Numbered from the stretch's first letter, positions 1 to 10,086 are shown. The stretch: DNA of 64,000 nt from a virus (IMGVR_UViG_2667527592_000002); one strand, 5' to 3'. Made by a program: numbers and translations. The notes: a model not told the origin generated them from the letters alone.

Positions 1-280
1 AAGGGTAGCCATTGTTGTATGCCTCATACAGCTGAATCCCGGATGTCCCCTGCGCATTCGACGCCAGAGCAGTTACTCGACCGCGTGATACCAGAGTATT
101 GATATTAATGTCAGCCGAACCATCGAACCTGACGCCATTAATGTTTCTGGCTGTTTTCAATTTCGTCGCGGTATCGGCGTTCCCTGTCAGCGCCCCGGTG
201 ATCCCGCCGTTGAAAGTCTGGCGCGCACTCCATGTGTTAGCCGTGCTCAACAGGGGGATCTTTTCACCGCTGGTACCGAG
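1..280 (-). CDS. tail-fibre variable C-terminal segment, partial (runs off window), no own start codon
   Basis: minus-strand translation reads ...LSTANTWSARQTFNGGITGALTGNADTATKLKTARNINGVRFDGSADINI..., typical Mu/P1 S-type tail-fibre repeats; frame stays open through crossover site. Confidence 0.6.
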
Positions 281-306
281 TTCTCTTAAACCAAGGTTTA
301 GGATTG
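281..306. other. invertase crossover site (hix/gix/cix-like)
   Basis: TTCTCTTAAACCAAGGTTTAGGATTG: two half-sites around central AA, same pattern as hixL TTCTTGAAAACCAAGGTTTTTGATAA (recalled); overlaps invertase stop codon. Confidence 0.6.
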
Positions 307-858
307 AAATGATGACGCCGGAAACTTCTTATAAAGAGTGGAAACAGCCACATCATAGATGATTGCAACCTGCTTACGGGGGATGCCCTTCTCCAGCAAT
401 CGCCGCATTTGCTGCCATGTTTCTTCCTGGTATTTAGGCCGACGCCCACCTATTCGACCTTCTGCGCGAGCTGCATCAAGTCCAGCGCGTGTACGTTCAA
501 CAATAAGTTCACGTTCCATTTCTGCCAGCGCCCCCATTACGTGAAAGAAAAAGCGCCCCATTGGTGTACTGGTATCGATGGAGTCAGTGAGACTCCGGAA
601 GTTAATGCCTCTGTCACGCAGCTCTTCCACCAGCACAACTAAGTGACGCATGCTGCGCCCAAGACGATCTAACTTCCATACGACCAGGGTGTCGCCTCTG
701 GAAAGCATACGGAGAACCTTTTTTAACCCTGGGCGTTCAGCCTTTTTGCCGCTCGCCTTATCCTCAAAAATTAGCTCACATCCTGCGCTTTCAAGGGCGT
801 TTCGTTGTAAAGCGGTGTTTTGGTCATTAGTTGATACGCGAATGTATCCAATAAGCAT
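298..858 (-). CDS. serine DNA invertase (Hin/Gin/Cin/Pin family)
   Basis: MLIGYIRVSTNDQNTALQRNAL... N-terminal catalytic Ser motif, C-terminal HTH ...STLYKKFPAS; 186 aa. Confidence 0.9.
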   Translation of the reverse strand: MLIGYIRVSTNDQNTALQRNALESAGCELIFEDKASGKKAERPGLKKVLRMLSRGDTLVVWKLDRLGRSMRHLVVLVEELRDRGINFRSLTDSIDTSTPMGRFFFHVMGALAEMERELIVERTRAGLDAARAEGRIGGRRPKYQEETWQQMRRLLEKGIPRKQVAIIYDVAVSTLYKKFPASSFQS

Positions 859-963
859 ATGTCCCCCCTTGTATGTTAAGGGGGGAGATTTTAGAAGATG
901 TCCTGTAAGGAAATAACAAACTGACTAAGTTAGTGGCGCATTAGATGTTATTTCTGGAGGGGT

Positions 964-1290
964 ATGTTTGCAGATTATGAAAATCTGGCTGTAGTAGTCA
1001 TAACATCCCTACTAAGTGGAACCGGCGTATTCCTTCTCGGAGTTAGAGACGGGCGCATTTCTGCGTCCCTGCTCAATCTTGCGAGTGAATTGTTTACTGC
1101 GGTAACAGCCGGGCTTGCGGGGTATGGGGTGGCGGTTAGCCAAGAATGGCCTGAAGGTATCATTTTCTGCGTTGTTCTGATTGCCAGTAACAACGGTAGT
1201 GAAATTTTACAGGGCTTGAAGTCCAGAGCTAGTAACGTCTTGAATCTCTTAAGCGTAATAGCGAATGGGGGAAAAGGTGGAGAGAAATAA
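964..1290 (+). CDS. putative holin (LydA-like by position and size)
   Basis: 108 aa, about three hydrophobic helices, RBS GGAGGGG before ATG; first gene of operon next to invertase. Confidence 0.45.
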   Translation: MFADYENLAVVVITSLLSGTGVFLLGVRDGRISASLLNLASELFTAVTAGLAGYGVAVSQEWPEGIIFCVVLIASNNGSEILQGLKSRASNVLNLLSVIANGGKGGEK

Positions 1291-1736
1291 TGGGTAACTT
1301 TGGAAATTATTTCATTTTTATCATGGCATTTGTTGCCATCATTGACCGTTTCATTTTTCGTCGCAAGAGTGTTGAGATTTTGAGTATTGGTGACGCTGTA
1401 GTGAAAGAATCCGCTATAGCATTTCCTGTTTCGCTACGTGTTAAGCGAAGCTGGGTCAGCAATGCTCAAATCGAATATTGGTTGCAAGACCTGAAAAATC
1501 CATCTGTGGTTATTTCAGGGAAAACGCGACCAGTTGACGCCTCAAAACGCGGTGAGAGAGAAGAGTATTTGCTCATCGATACGAAATATCTTGAGCCAAC
1601 GAAGTGGGATCTGAAAGTCACATTGACTAACGGTAACTGTCGACTGAATCCGCTTTATCGCATTTTCCCTATCAATGACTGCATAGAGCGCCAGTTTACG
1701 ATCGAAAAGCGTGAAGGAGACTGGGATGTCAAATAA
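1290..1736 (+). CDS. hypothetical protein (LydB/antiholin position)
   Basis: 148 aa ORF, start overlaps upstream stop; no recognisable motif. Confidence 0.3.
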   Translation: MGNFGNYFIFIMAFVAIIDRFIFRRKSVEILSIGDAVVKESAIAFPVSLRVKRSWVSNAQIEYWLQDLKNPSVVISGKTRPVDASKRGEREEYLLIDTKYLEPTKWDLKVTLTNGNCRLNPLYRIFPINDCIERQFTIEKREGDWDVK

Positions 1737-2346
1737 GAATAATTATGTTCTTCTTAATTATGCTGAATTAAACGAAAAGGGGCTGGCAAAACTCGTCAAA
1801 GAAATCAGCAAAGGTGGTTACAAGATAGCGAGGGTGATCCCTGCAAGTAATGGCAGGAAGAAAGATGGGATCATGACGCGCACGTTTACCCTTATTGGTA
1901 TTGATGAACAGACAATGGAAGTTCAGGTTAACGATACCGGCGATATATCTGGGATCAAACTGAATGGTAAAACAGTACCGTTCAAGCCAGTAAAAACAAT
2001 GTCGGCTTTGGGGCAATCTCTTGCGGCTTTATTTAATCGCGGAGCAACTTCTTTCCAGAAGTCATTAGCTCGAAAACTTGCTCGTGCAGCAAAAAATATT
2101 GATGACGGAAATAAGAAGCGGCAGGGAGTTAAATCTAACGCTCAGAAATTAGCTGAAGCGAAAGAATCACGTGATGCACTCCGTGAAGATATCGCTAATG
2201 CTAACGACAAACTGTCTAAACTCCAGAGCAAGTCAGACAAAGTAATGCAAGATACGGGTAACGTTAAAGCTGCCTTGTCTCAGGAAGTAGCTAAGACACG
2301 TGCTCTTAAAGAAGAAATCGCGCGCCTGGAGGATGAGCATGATTAA
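1726..2346 (+). CDS. hypothetical coiled-coil protein (Hdf position)
   Basis: ORF track 1711..2346; ATG at 1726 preceded by AAGGAG; C-terminal heptad-rich region. Confidence 0.3.
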   Translation: MSNKNNYVLLNYAELNEKGLAKLVKEISKGGYKIARVIPASNGRKKDGIMTRTFTLIGIDEQTMEVQVNDTGDISGIKLNGKTVPFKPVKTMSALGQSLAALFNRGATSFQKSLARKLARAAKNIDDGNKKRQGVKSNAQKLAEAKESRDALREDIANANDKLSKLQSKSDKVMQDTGNVKAALSQEVAKTRALKEEIARLEDEHD

Positions 2347-4264
2347 CAATCCTTTACGAATTAATATTCAGTCTACTTTTGCTGATACGATCCCCGGCTA
2401 TATGCCAAGTCGCTGGTCTTCAGAAGAATTAAGCGAAGATGACCTGATTTTTGAGGCGGCGACCTTAGAAGATATTGAGCTTGCCTATATGGGCAATGAA
2501 ATTCTGGTTGTGTCTGACGAAGCTATGTTTGAGTCCATAACTACAACCAGAATTCGGTTAGCTCAAACAATGCGAGCTTTCGTCCGTGCGCTGAATCGTG
2601 GCCTGAATGGTACGAATATTATGGCAGGGACTGATGAAGCTGGGACCGATGAAAATGGACGTAATTGTATTGGTGGTGCGATTATCGGTCGTGTACGTCG
2701 GGTAGCTAATATCCCTGTTTTGACCGCGCAGATACCGCTTACTGACGGGCAGAGTACAAGCATAATTTTCCACTCTCCAACAGCTGACGGGGCAAAAATA
2801 AAGAGTAACGACGAGCTTGTTGCATTTCAGTTTTTACTTAATAAGCGTAACGTAACTCACGTTGTCGCCCCGATTGGTGGGAGAGATGTTTCTTTAAGCC
2901 AGGTATGCCAGGCGCTATCTAATTTGATTGAGCGTAACAGCGAAAAATTTAAGAAAGCAAAAGAGCGCCAGGACAAAATGAAGGCAGATATTGAGAGTTA
3001 TCTCAATGAAGCAGATAAACTGGCAGAAGAACGGTCAATAATGATTGATCAGGTGGAAGTTGCGCAACGTGGGCTGACTGAAAAGCGTGCTGCTCTTACG
3101 GAGATGCAAAAAAAACTTGATGCCCAGAAAGCCATCAACGAGGAATTACAAGCAAAACGCGATAAATTGTTGTCTGCTAAAGGTGAAAAAACGAAAGAAC
3201 GAGCGTTTAGTGACCAGCTGCGACATGTAAAACATAATCTTGCCATTGACGGAAAAACAGTGCTGGATAATGGCGCTGAAGTTAATTATGTCACGTCCGG
3301 CAGTGATAATTTCGTTACGATAGTAGCACCTGAAGGTAAATTCAGTATTGATGCCAGTGCTGTCAAAGGAGGCAGTTTGGCAGATGCTGCAACCAAATTA
3401 CTTAAAGCCTACCGAGAGCATAACGCAGATAAATATAAAGTTGATGTGTTACCAGGCCAGCTGGAAGACTCCGAACTACCACAGACAGACCCCGAAACGA
3501 ACCCAGTATTACAACCAGAGAGCCAAGATGTAGGTAAATACCACTATGCACTTCAATCTCGCCCGGCTGGTGTTGGTGCTGTTCCGGATGGAAATAAAGC
3601 CGTGCTTGATCGTCCTGACCAGGCTGATCAGTATTACGAATATGCTCGTCACGGTATCATTACGTATGACCGTAAACTGACAGATGAAGAAGTCAGCCAG
3701 TACGAGTTGCTTTATCTTCCTGATGAAGATGAGCTGAAAGATTTTGCAGGCCAATTGGTTGCGTCCAGCATGTCGAAACATATTGATGGCTATGTGGACC
3801 TGTTTGGCAGTGACCTGAAAACATTCAAGGCGCAAGTGAAAATTCTTTTCCGCAAAGCGTTTCCAAACGTGGCGTATCCACTTAGTGATGGGGAGAACCT
3901 TTTCATTATGGACGTGAATAACGCCCTTCAAAATCATTCAAGCGAAGTAAAAACAGAGCATGTGGTTGAGCCAGAATCACAACCACAACCAGCACCAGAA
4001 CAGGAGTCGGAGCCAGAAGAAGCGGGTGAATCAGCAAGTGAAGCTGATCAGGAAGCAGATAAAGCGCTGGAGTACCTGAAATCCGTGCCGGAGCAGTTTA
4101 CATCCCGCGATCTGACGGTCATCAGTGCTGAACTTGATCATGTGCAGGAAGCAGCGAACGCTCTAATCAGTGCAGGTCGATACGACGAGAACGAAGCCAC
4201 TGTGGGTGCAGCAGTTGACTACCTGATCAATATTCTGGCTGAAATTCAGCAGGGAGGTGTTTAA
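2333..4264 (+). CDS. DarA-like large protein (positional and size analogy only)
   Basis: about 640 aa, central coiled coil, acidic C-terminal region; sits in lyd-dar-like operon; start 2333 or 2339 uncertain. Confidence 0.35.
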   Translation: MSMINNPLRINIQSTFADTIPGYMPSRWSSEELSEDDLIFEAATLEDIELAYMGNEILVVSDEAMFESITTTRIRLAQTMRAFVRALNRGLNGTNIMAGTDEAGTDENGRNCIGGAIIGRVRRVANIPVLTAQIPLTDGQSTSIIFHSPTADGAKIKSNDELVAFQFLLNKRNVTHVVAPIGGRDVSLSQVCQALSNLIERNSEKFKKAKERQDKMKADIESYLNEADKLAEERSIMIDQVEVAQRGLTEKRAALTEMQKKLDAQKAINEELQAKRDKLLSAKGEKTKERAFSDQLRHVKHNLAIDGKTVLDNGAEVNYVTSGSDNFVTIVAPEGKFSIDASAVKGGSLADAATKLLKAYREHNADKYKVDVLPGQLEDSELPQTDPETNPVLQPESQDVGKYHYALQSRPAGVGAVPDGNKAVLDRPDQADQYYEYARHGIITYDRKLTDEEVSQYELLYLPDEDELKDFAGQLVASSMSKHIDGYVDLFGSDLKTFKAQVKILFRKAFPNVAYPLSDGENLFIMDVNNALQNHSSEVKTEHVVEPESQPQPAPEQESEPEEAGESASEADQEADKALEYLKSVPEQFTSRDLTVISAELDHVQEAANALISAGRYDENEATVGAAVDYLINILAEIQQGGV

Positions 4265-4632
4265 TGACCATCTCTGTTTTAGACCGCCTGAAATTAGGTA
4301 AAGAGCTATCAGATCTAATGCAGGCGCAGAAAACTGCGCCAGTATTGCAACGCGTCACCATTGGTAAGCAGATTGTTGATGTGATGCTGAAATTGGGCCT
4401 GGGGACTGCCGTGCAACCGGCAGCGGAACCGCAACAACAGGCTGATCCTGTTGTAGATGAAGTCCCTAAGATAGTGACTGACTTCCTGGGCGGTGTGTTC
4501 ACAAAGTCCACACAAATGGAATTTATTGATGCGCTGCGTGGGATCTCAAACTATGTTGGCGAGTTCCTTACGTTGGAGCAGGCTAAAGAGCAGACCATAA
4601 GCTGGGTGAAAGCTAACGGTTATGCCGGGTAA
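4264..4632 (+). CDS. hypothetical protein (DdrA position)
   Basis: 122 aa, ATGA start/stop overlap with upstream gene. Confidence 0.3.
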   Translation: MTISVLDRLKLGKELSDLMQAQKTAPVLQRVTIGKQIVDVMLKLGLGTAVQPAAEPQQQADPVVDEVPKIVTDFLGGVFTKSTQMEFIDALRGISNYVGEFLTLEQAKEQTISWVKANGYAG

Positions 4633-4714
4633 TCAAAAGGGGCTGAAATGCCCCTTTCACTTATCTGTTCTCACATAAATCACACACTTTTTACACTCAC
4701 AGCTTTCTCTATAG

Positions 4715-6112
4715 TTGGAGTGTATTTTGAACAAATCAGTTACTTCTGCGCTTTCCGAGGCCGCAGATATTAACAGCGTCATTGCTCTGGTTTCTTCATT
4801 AGAGAGGAAAGAAACACGCCTGGGGCGAAGTAGCTACGTAGTCACCAGCAAAGGTGCAGAGGTAAAGACGGCTTTTAAGGTCGTTGATGCCAGCAGTCTG
4901 ATCATTTCGAACAACCTTGACGGTACGATTAACCCGGCCTTCCCGGAAGAACTCCAACCACGAGATCGTACCCGGCTATCCAGCAAACTCCAGGTTAACC
5001 GTATTGCCTCCAATTTACGCCCGGCACAATTAACGGATTCCGGTATGAGCAGCCACGGAGCGCCTATAGTTGGTCCGGACAACGTTGTTGAATCCGGCAA
5101 CGGAAGGAGTATGGGTATCTGGCGTGCCTATGAGCAAGGACAGGCGGATGAGTATCGCCAGTACCTGATCGACCATGCGAAAGAGTTTGGTCTGAATCCT
5201 GACGAAATTTCGCAAATGTCTATGCCCGTACTGGTGCGAGAAAGACTCACAGATGTAGACCGCGCTCAATTTGCCCGCGATTCAAACATTAGTGATCTGC
5301 AAGAGATGGCAGCAAGTGAAAAAGCGTATGCGGATGCGCAATTTCTCACTGAGAGTGTCATGGCGCTATTTAATCCTTCAGATGATGGAAATCTGCTGGC
5401 GCGGTCCAATGATGCGTTTATTCGTGCGTTTTTGCGCGAAATTGGCGATACAGCGACGGCAGGCTTGCTTACTGCCGATGGGCGTCCCACGAAACAGCTT
5501 ATCGATCGCATCCAGAATGCAATTTTTGCCAAAGCGTACAAGGATGAAAGGCTTGTTAGGCTGGTGTCGGAAGAGCCAGATCCGGAAATGCGTAATATCC
5601 TGACCGCATTAAATACGGCAGCCAGCGATTTTGCGCAAATGCAGTCGCTGTCTGGCGACGCTCACCATGACGCAGTAACAGGCTTAGTGGACGGTATAGA
5701 GCAGGTTAATGGCCTGGATACACAGGCGATAGCAGCACTCCAAGAAGCAATTAATCTTGTACGTGAAGCCAAAGACAACGGTCAGGCCGTTGAAGAAGTG
5801 ATCGCCCAAAGGGGGTTATTCGGCGACAGTACACCGGAAGCTGAGGCATTGGCGTTATTCATCGTAGCAAATAATCGCAGTGCGAAGCGTATGGGGGCAG
5901 CATTCAAAAAAATGGCGCAAAAAATCAACGACGAGCTGACTCATAAACAACAGGCATTGGGCGATATGTTCGGCGGTGGCGATGTTGATCTGCGTCGTAT
6001 TTTGTCTGCTGTATCTGATGAAATTGAGGGTGAATTTGGCGAAGGGAAAGGTCTGAACTTTGCTATGTTTGAAAATTCTACAGATCTAAATAATTGCCGT
6101 ACGGAAAACTAA
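4715..6112 (+). CDS. ParB/Srx-like N-terminal domain protein (DdrB position)
   Basis: motifs ...EELQPRDR... and ...VESGNGRSMGIWRA... resemble ParB box I/II (QPR and GxxRxxA); alternative start likely. Confidence 0.4.
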   Translation: MECILNKSVTSALSEAADINSVIALVSSLERKETRLGRSSYVVTSKGAEVKTAFKVVDASSLIISNNLDGTINPAFPEELQPRDRTRLSSKLQVNRIASNLRPAQLTDSGMSSHGAPIVGPDNVVESGNGRSMGIWRAYEQGQADEYRQYLIDHAKEFGLNPDEISQMSMPVLVRERLTDVDRAQFARDSNISDLQEMAASEKAYADAQFLTESVMALFNPSDDGNLLARSNDAFIRAFLREIGDTATAGLLTADGRPTKQLIDRIQNAIFAKAYKDERLVRLVSEEPDPEMRNILTALNTAASDFAQMQSLSGDAHHDAVTGLVDGIEQVNGLDTQAIAALQEAINLVREAKDNGQAVEEVIAQRGLFGDSTPEAEALALFIVANNRSAKRMGAAFKKMAQKINDELTHKQQALGDMFGGGDVDLRRILSAVSDEIEGEFGEGKGLNFAMFENSTDLNNCRTEN

Positions 6113-6176
6113 ACCAACCGCTGAAATCACATACTGATTATGCTGCCGCAAAACTGGAAACAATTTGCGGTGATTC

Positions 6177-7859
6177 ATGGCAACGAAAGACAAAAACAAA
6201 GGCTTTCTGTCAGCATTGAAGAAAGCCTTCAACGGTGGTGATGTTACGCCCGCCGATCCGGTCGTTTTTACGAGCGGGCATAGTGTCGTTGCTCGTTCCG
6301 GCCTGTCTGCTTTACGTCCAGGTATACTGGGGAGCAACAGCGATGGCATGACGAGTGCAGCAGATTCAATTTCTTTATCCGCTGAACTGCCCGGCGAGCG
6401 CCTGCAAAAGTACAACATCCTGGAAACGATGGCTAAAAGCCCGACTATCTCGACGGCTTTAAATATTCACATTGCACATGCGCTTGCGCCTTCAAAAAAA
6501 ACCGGACAAGCATTCATCCTTTCGCCAAAGGATGGTTCCGATGCTGAGGCAGTAAGTAGATGTGAAGAGTTAACTGCTGATTTGGGGGCGATGATTAATG
6601 ACGGACTTCCTTCATGGGCCATGATTATGGCGATCTTTGGGGTGTCTTATGTCCGCCCTTATGCTGAACAGGGCAGGGGGATAACAGGCATTGAGTCCAG
6701 TTATTACACTCTGCCACACTTCGTCCAGGAGTTTTATCGTGGTAGCCAGCTGGTAGGTTTCAGTGGTGATTACATCCTGGATACGCATAGTTTGCGCAGA
6801 GTAATAACCGAACCGTGGAATCTGGTTTCCATGAAAAATCCCTATTGGACGCCGCAGCATAAAGTTATTCCGGTCAGCTACGGCACAAAAGGGTACTCAC
6901 TGTTAAGTGAGCAGGCTGATAAGCCGTTAATGGAGACGCAGAATTACGGAACTTCATTCCTTGAATACAGCTATGAACCTTACCTGAATTTATGTGCTGC
7001 GCTCGCCGCGCTGAAATCAACGCGAAATAATGCAGCCAAAATTGACCGCCTGATTGCTCTTACGACGAACACACTGGACCCGGTTAATGCGGCGAACTAT
7101 ACGCGTGGCGTCAGCCAGGCATTGAAGCGCCATAGTGACCTGGTGGCGCAAAGGTCGATTAATGCCAACGCTATTCCGACGGTGCTTAACCACCTGATAC
7201 CTGTTATGGGAGACGGGAAGAACGGTATCACTATTGATACGCAATCCATACCCGCAGATATCAGTGGTATCGAAGACGTTATGTTTCACCTCCGGCAGCT
7301 TGCTGCAAGCCTAGGCATTGACGCAACAATGCTTGGCTGGGCTGATCAGATGAGTGGTGGACTTGGGGAAGGCGGTTGGCAGCAAACAGCTATCCAGGCC
7401 GCATTACGTGCGAACTGGATCAGACAGGCCGCGCAGCGAACTATTTATCGGCTTCATGATATTCACCTCGCTTATAAATACGGGAAGGTTTACACCGAAA
7501 AAAACCGTCCTTATGACGTGCAATTCAACTCAATGAACACTGCTATCCAGGAAGAGGAAAACCGGGAACTGGATGCACGCGCCAACTTTGTTGCTGTCAT
7601 CTCCCAAATTATGGACCAGATCCAGAACAACCCGAAACTGGCTGGTAGTGACGCGTTTATGCGTTATCTGTTCACCGAGCAGTTGCACATCGACGATGAC
7701 ACTCTCAACACCATGATCAAAGAGTTTAAGGCGAATGAATCAGAGCAAAACAACGAGCATGGTATGTACGAATCCGCGCCGTTGTCGTCCGGTGACGATC
7801 CGGAAAACTGGACGCCAGAACAGTTAATAAACTTTGCAAAATTTGTGATGAGCAATTAA
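6177..7859 (+). CDS. putative portal / virion morphogenesis protein
   Basis: 560 aa, size and neighbourhood only; no diagnostic motif. Confidence 0.3.
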   Translation: MATKDKNKGFLSALKKAFNGGDVTPADPVVFTSGHSVVARSGLSALRPGILGSNSDGMTSAADSISLSAELPGERLQKYNILETMAKSPTISTALNIHIAHALAPSKKTGQAFILSPKDGSDAEAVSRCEELTADLGAMINDGLPSWAMIMAIFGVSYVRPYAEQGRGITGIESSYYTLPHFVQEFYRGSQLVGFSGDYILDTHSLRRVITEPWNLVSMKNPYWTPQHKVIPVSYGTKGYSLLSEQADKPLMETQNYGTSFLEYSYEPYLNLCAALAALKSTRNNAAKIDRLIALTTNTLDPVNAANYTRGVSQALKRHSDLVAQRSINANAIPTVLNHLIPVMGDGKNGITIDTQSIPADISGIEDVMFHLRQLAASLGIDATMLGWADQMSGGLGEGGWQQTAIQAALRANWIRQAAQRTIYRLHDIHLAYKYGKVYTEKNRPYDVQFNSMNTAIQEEENRELDARANFVAVISQIMDQIQNNPKLAGSDAFMRYLFTEQLHIDDDTLNTMIKEFKANESEQNNEHGMYESAPLSSGDDPENWTPEQLINFAKFVMSN

Positions 7860-7872
7860 CCGGAGGGAAATA

Positions 7873-8871
7873 ATGCAATCACTGAATACTGTTACGGATC
7901 GCTTCTCCCTGGTAGAGAAAATCCGCAAACACACACCGCAGAACAACCGAAATTACGTCATTCAGTCGGTACGAGACACATTCAACTCGCCAGAAACAAA
8001 AGAGCGTATCGCGCTGGGGGAGATGTATGGTTATTACGGTCATGGTCGCCGGGCGATGCACTATAACAAAACGAAAAGCCTGAACTTGCCGGAAGTCTCT
8101 GTTGTGATGGTAGATGGGAAGCCTGTTGTATTGGAGAATGTGCCGTCAAACAGGACTATCGACATTTCGATTGACGACAACGGCATTGTTACGCATACGC
8201 AGGAAATACTGGATACAGACACCGGGCGTATTGTTCAGGGCATGATTAATTCTGGTGCTGGTGGTTGGTCGTGGGCTACATCTGGTCCAGATTCATCGGT
8301 ATCCCTGGTAAAGTCTTTCCACGGCTTTGATTACGTAACTGTGCCTAACTATATCAGCCTCGACAAGAAAAGCCTGATGCTTGAATCAGCAGAAGAGCGC
8401 GATGCGGCTATTCATGCAGCACTTATCGAACAAGGTTTTACCGATAACGCTGCTACGGATCTGGTTCACCACTTTTCAGCAATGAAAAATCAGCAAGCCA
8501 TGCTCGAATCTGCACATCGTGAAGCCCTGGAATCAGAATTGATGCTCCTTGAAGTGGAAAACATACAGCTTCGAGATAAGCTGCGCGCTCAAACAGCGAT
8601 GATGGAAAGCCAGGGGGAAAATGCAAAGCAATGCCGCCGGATTTTGCGTGACGCTATCCAGGAAATGCCTGTTTTTATCAGCGCAGAACAGCGCCGGGCG
8701 CTCTGCCGTATGCAGTCTGAAGATGATGCCCGCATAGTGGCTGCGATGCTTGAATCTCTTGGGGCAAATGCTACTTATGGCTTACCGGTATCAGGCAAGA
8801 AAGAACCAGAGTTATCACCGAAGGAGAACAAAAACACCACCCCGTTACTCTTCGTTTCTAGAAGGGGGTAA
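7873..8871 (+). CDS. hypothetical protein (head protease/scaffold position)
   Basis: 332 aa, C-terminal coiled coil; position after portal-like gene. Confidence 0.25.
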   Translation: MQSLNTVTDRFSLVEKIRKHTPQNNRNYVIQSVRDTFNSPETKERIALGEMYGYYGHGRRAMHYNKTKSLNLPEVSVVMVDGKPVVLENVPSNRTIDISIDDNGIVTHTQEILDTDTGRIVQGMINSGAGGWSWATSGPDSSVSLVKSFHGFDYVTVPNYISLDKKSLMLESAEERDAAIHAALIEQGFTDNAATDLVHHFSAMKNQQAMLESAHREALESELMLLEVENIQLRDKLRAQTAMMESQGENAKQCRRILRDAIQEMPVFISAEQRRALCRMQSEDDARIVAAMLESLGANATYGLPVSGKKEPELSPKENKNTTPLLFVSRRG

Positions 8872-8889
8872 CCGCCTTGTTAAGTTAAA

Positions 8890-8899
8890 TTTCTAACAT
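8890..8899 (-). promoter_or_regulatory. TGTTAGAAAA-type recurrent motif (candidate operator)
   Basis: tttctaacat on + strand, followed by palindrome gtgtatttatatacac (8901..8916). Confidence 0.4.
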
Positions 8900-8984
8900 A
8901 GTGTATTTATATACACTGTTGATCCTGGTGGATGGGATCGAGTAGGATCGCGGTCACTGCTCCGGTAGCGACTGCCAAAAAAGC

Positions 8985-9009
8985 AAAAGCCGCTGAGAAG
9001 CGGCTTTTT
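8985..9009 (+). terminator. rho-independent terminator
   Basis: aaaagccgct-gaga-agcggctttt followed by T-run. Confidence 0.6.
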
Positions 9010-9071
9010 GGGTGTATAAATCCACTGCCATAGATTTATACGGTAGATAGATTTTTTCACGGAACTATCTG

Positions 9072-10034
9072 GTGAGTATTTTAAATTCAGTTTCAGTAAC
9101 TTTCAACACTTCTGAGTATAAAAACAACACTGAATACCACAAAAAAATCAAAGGTCATCAGTTGAGTTTTTTTGCTCGTCATAGCGGTCTTCTTTCCCCT
9201 TCACATAGCGCCATTATTGCCGAGTTCGCCAACCTGGCAGGGTCTACCGATGAATACATGATCCGTCGCTCATATGCTGATATGTCCGAGATTACAGGAC
9301 GCAGCATTTCTACTGTGCGCCGGGCATTTGCTGAAGCGACGAAGTGCGGAATGCTTGTTAAGCAACATCAGGTAGCGAATAACAATGCCCAGGTGTGTAA
9401 CGTATATCGGTTTACGACACAATTTCTCCACTTCATTCATGTAGCAATGGAGATAGGGGGTAAGCAGGGCATCAAATTTGCCAACGCCACAAAGCTGGTT
9501 AAGCAATTGATTTCAAAGGTACGTTATTTTTTTGAAACTGGGAACCCCCTGTTCAAATTGAACAAGTCCCCCCATGTTCAAAATGAACAGCCAATAGAAA
9601 ATAAGAGTCACTCTATAGCCAAAAGAAGAGAAAGATCATGCGCGGTTCAGCCAAAGGCTTCACTAGCAAATAGTTCTCAAGCGGATAATGGGTGGCTGGA
9701 TAAAAAACCAGTAATCAGGGAAGAACATACCAACCACTGCCTGGCGGCGGCAAAAGCGAGAGCTGCAAAGCGTCGTTCAGACGAGGGGCACGCAAAACGG
9801 CAGGCTCTGTATCGTACCGCTGAAAAGCTGGCAAAAAAATTTGCATGGATACGTAGTGCCGCTACCGCAGTGAATAAGCCTAAACAATCCAGCGCCCTGG
9901 ATTTCTCAATGGATTATTCTGGCTCCCAGGGGTGTGCAACCATTGGTGAAGCCTTTGACCTGATGAAACAGCGTGGCTATCGGTCTGAATTTGACCGTGA
10001 GGATTGGTCAATCCCTGCGGGATTTAGGGGATGA
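9072..10034 (+). CDS. HTH DNA-binding protein, possible lytic replication initiator (RepL-like; speculative)
   Basis: 320 aa; ...MSEITGRSISTVRRAFAEATKCGMLVK... HTH; two internal palindromes TGTTCAAATTGAACA / TGTTCAAAATGAACA at 9550..9589. Confidence 0.3.
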   Translation: MSILNSVSVTFNTSEYKNNTEYHKKIKGHQLSFFARHSGLLSPSHSAIIAEFANLAGSTDEYMIRRSYADMSEITGRSISTVRRAFAEATKCGMLVKQHQVANNNAQVCNVYRFTTQFLHFIHVAMEIGGKQGIKFANATKLVKQLISKVRYFFETGNPLFKLNKSPHVQNEQPIENKSHSIAKRRERSCAVQPKASLANSSQADNGWLDKKPVIREEHTNHCLAAAKARAAKRRSDEGHAKRQALYRTAEKLAKKFAWIRSAATAVNKPKQSSALDFSMDYSGSQGCATIGEAFDLMKQRGYRSEFDREDWSIPAGFRG

Positions 10035-10086
10035 CCTGTGTGTCTACAAAACATCCCAATGATCGGAAAATGCTCGCTCGATAATT

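Noticed and set aside
99-449. Plus-strand ORF 99..362 and minus-strand ORF 264..449
   Set aside because: They overlap the tail-fibre variable segment, the crossover site and the invertase 3' end; alternative frames of real genes.
2558-4511. Minus-strand ORFs inside the DarA-like gene (2558..2773, 3049..3246, 3509..3937, 4227..4511)
   Set aside because: Antisense to a long plus-strand gene with overlapping-gene operon structure.
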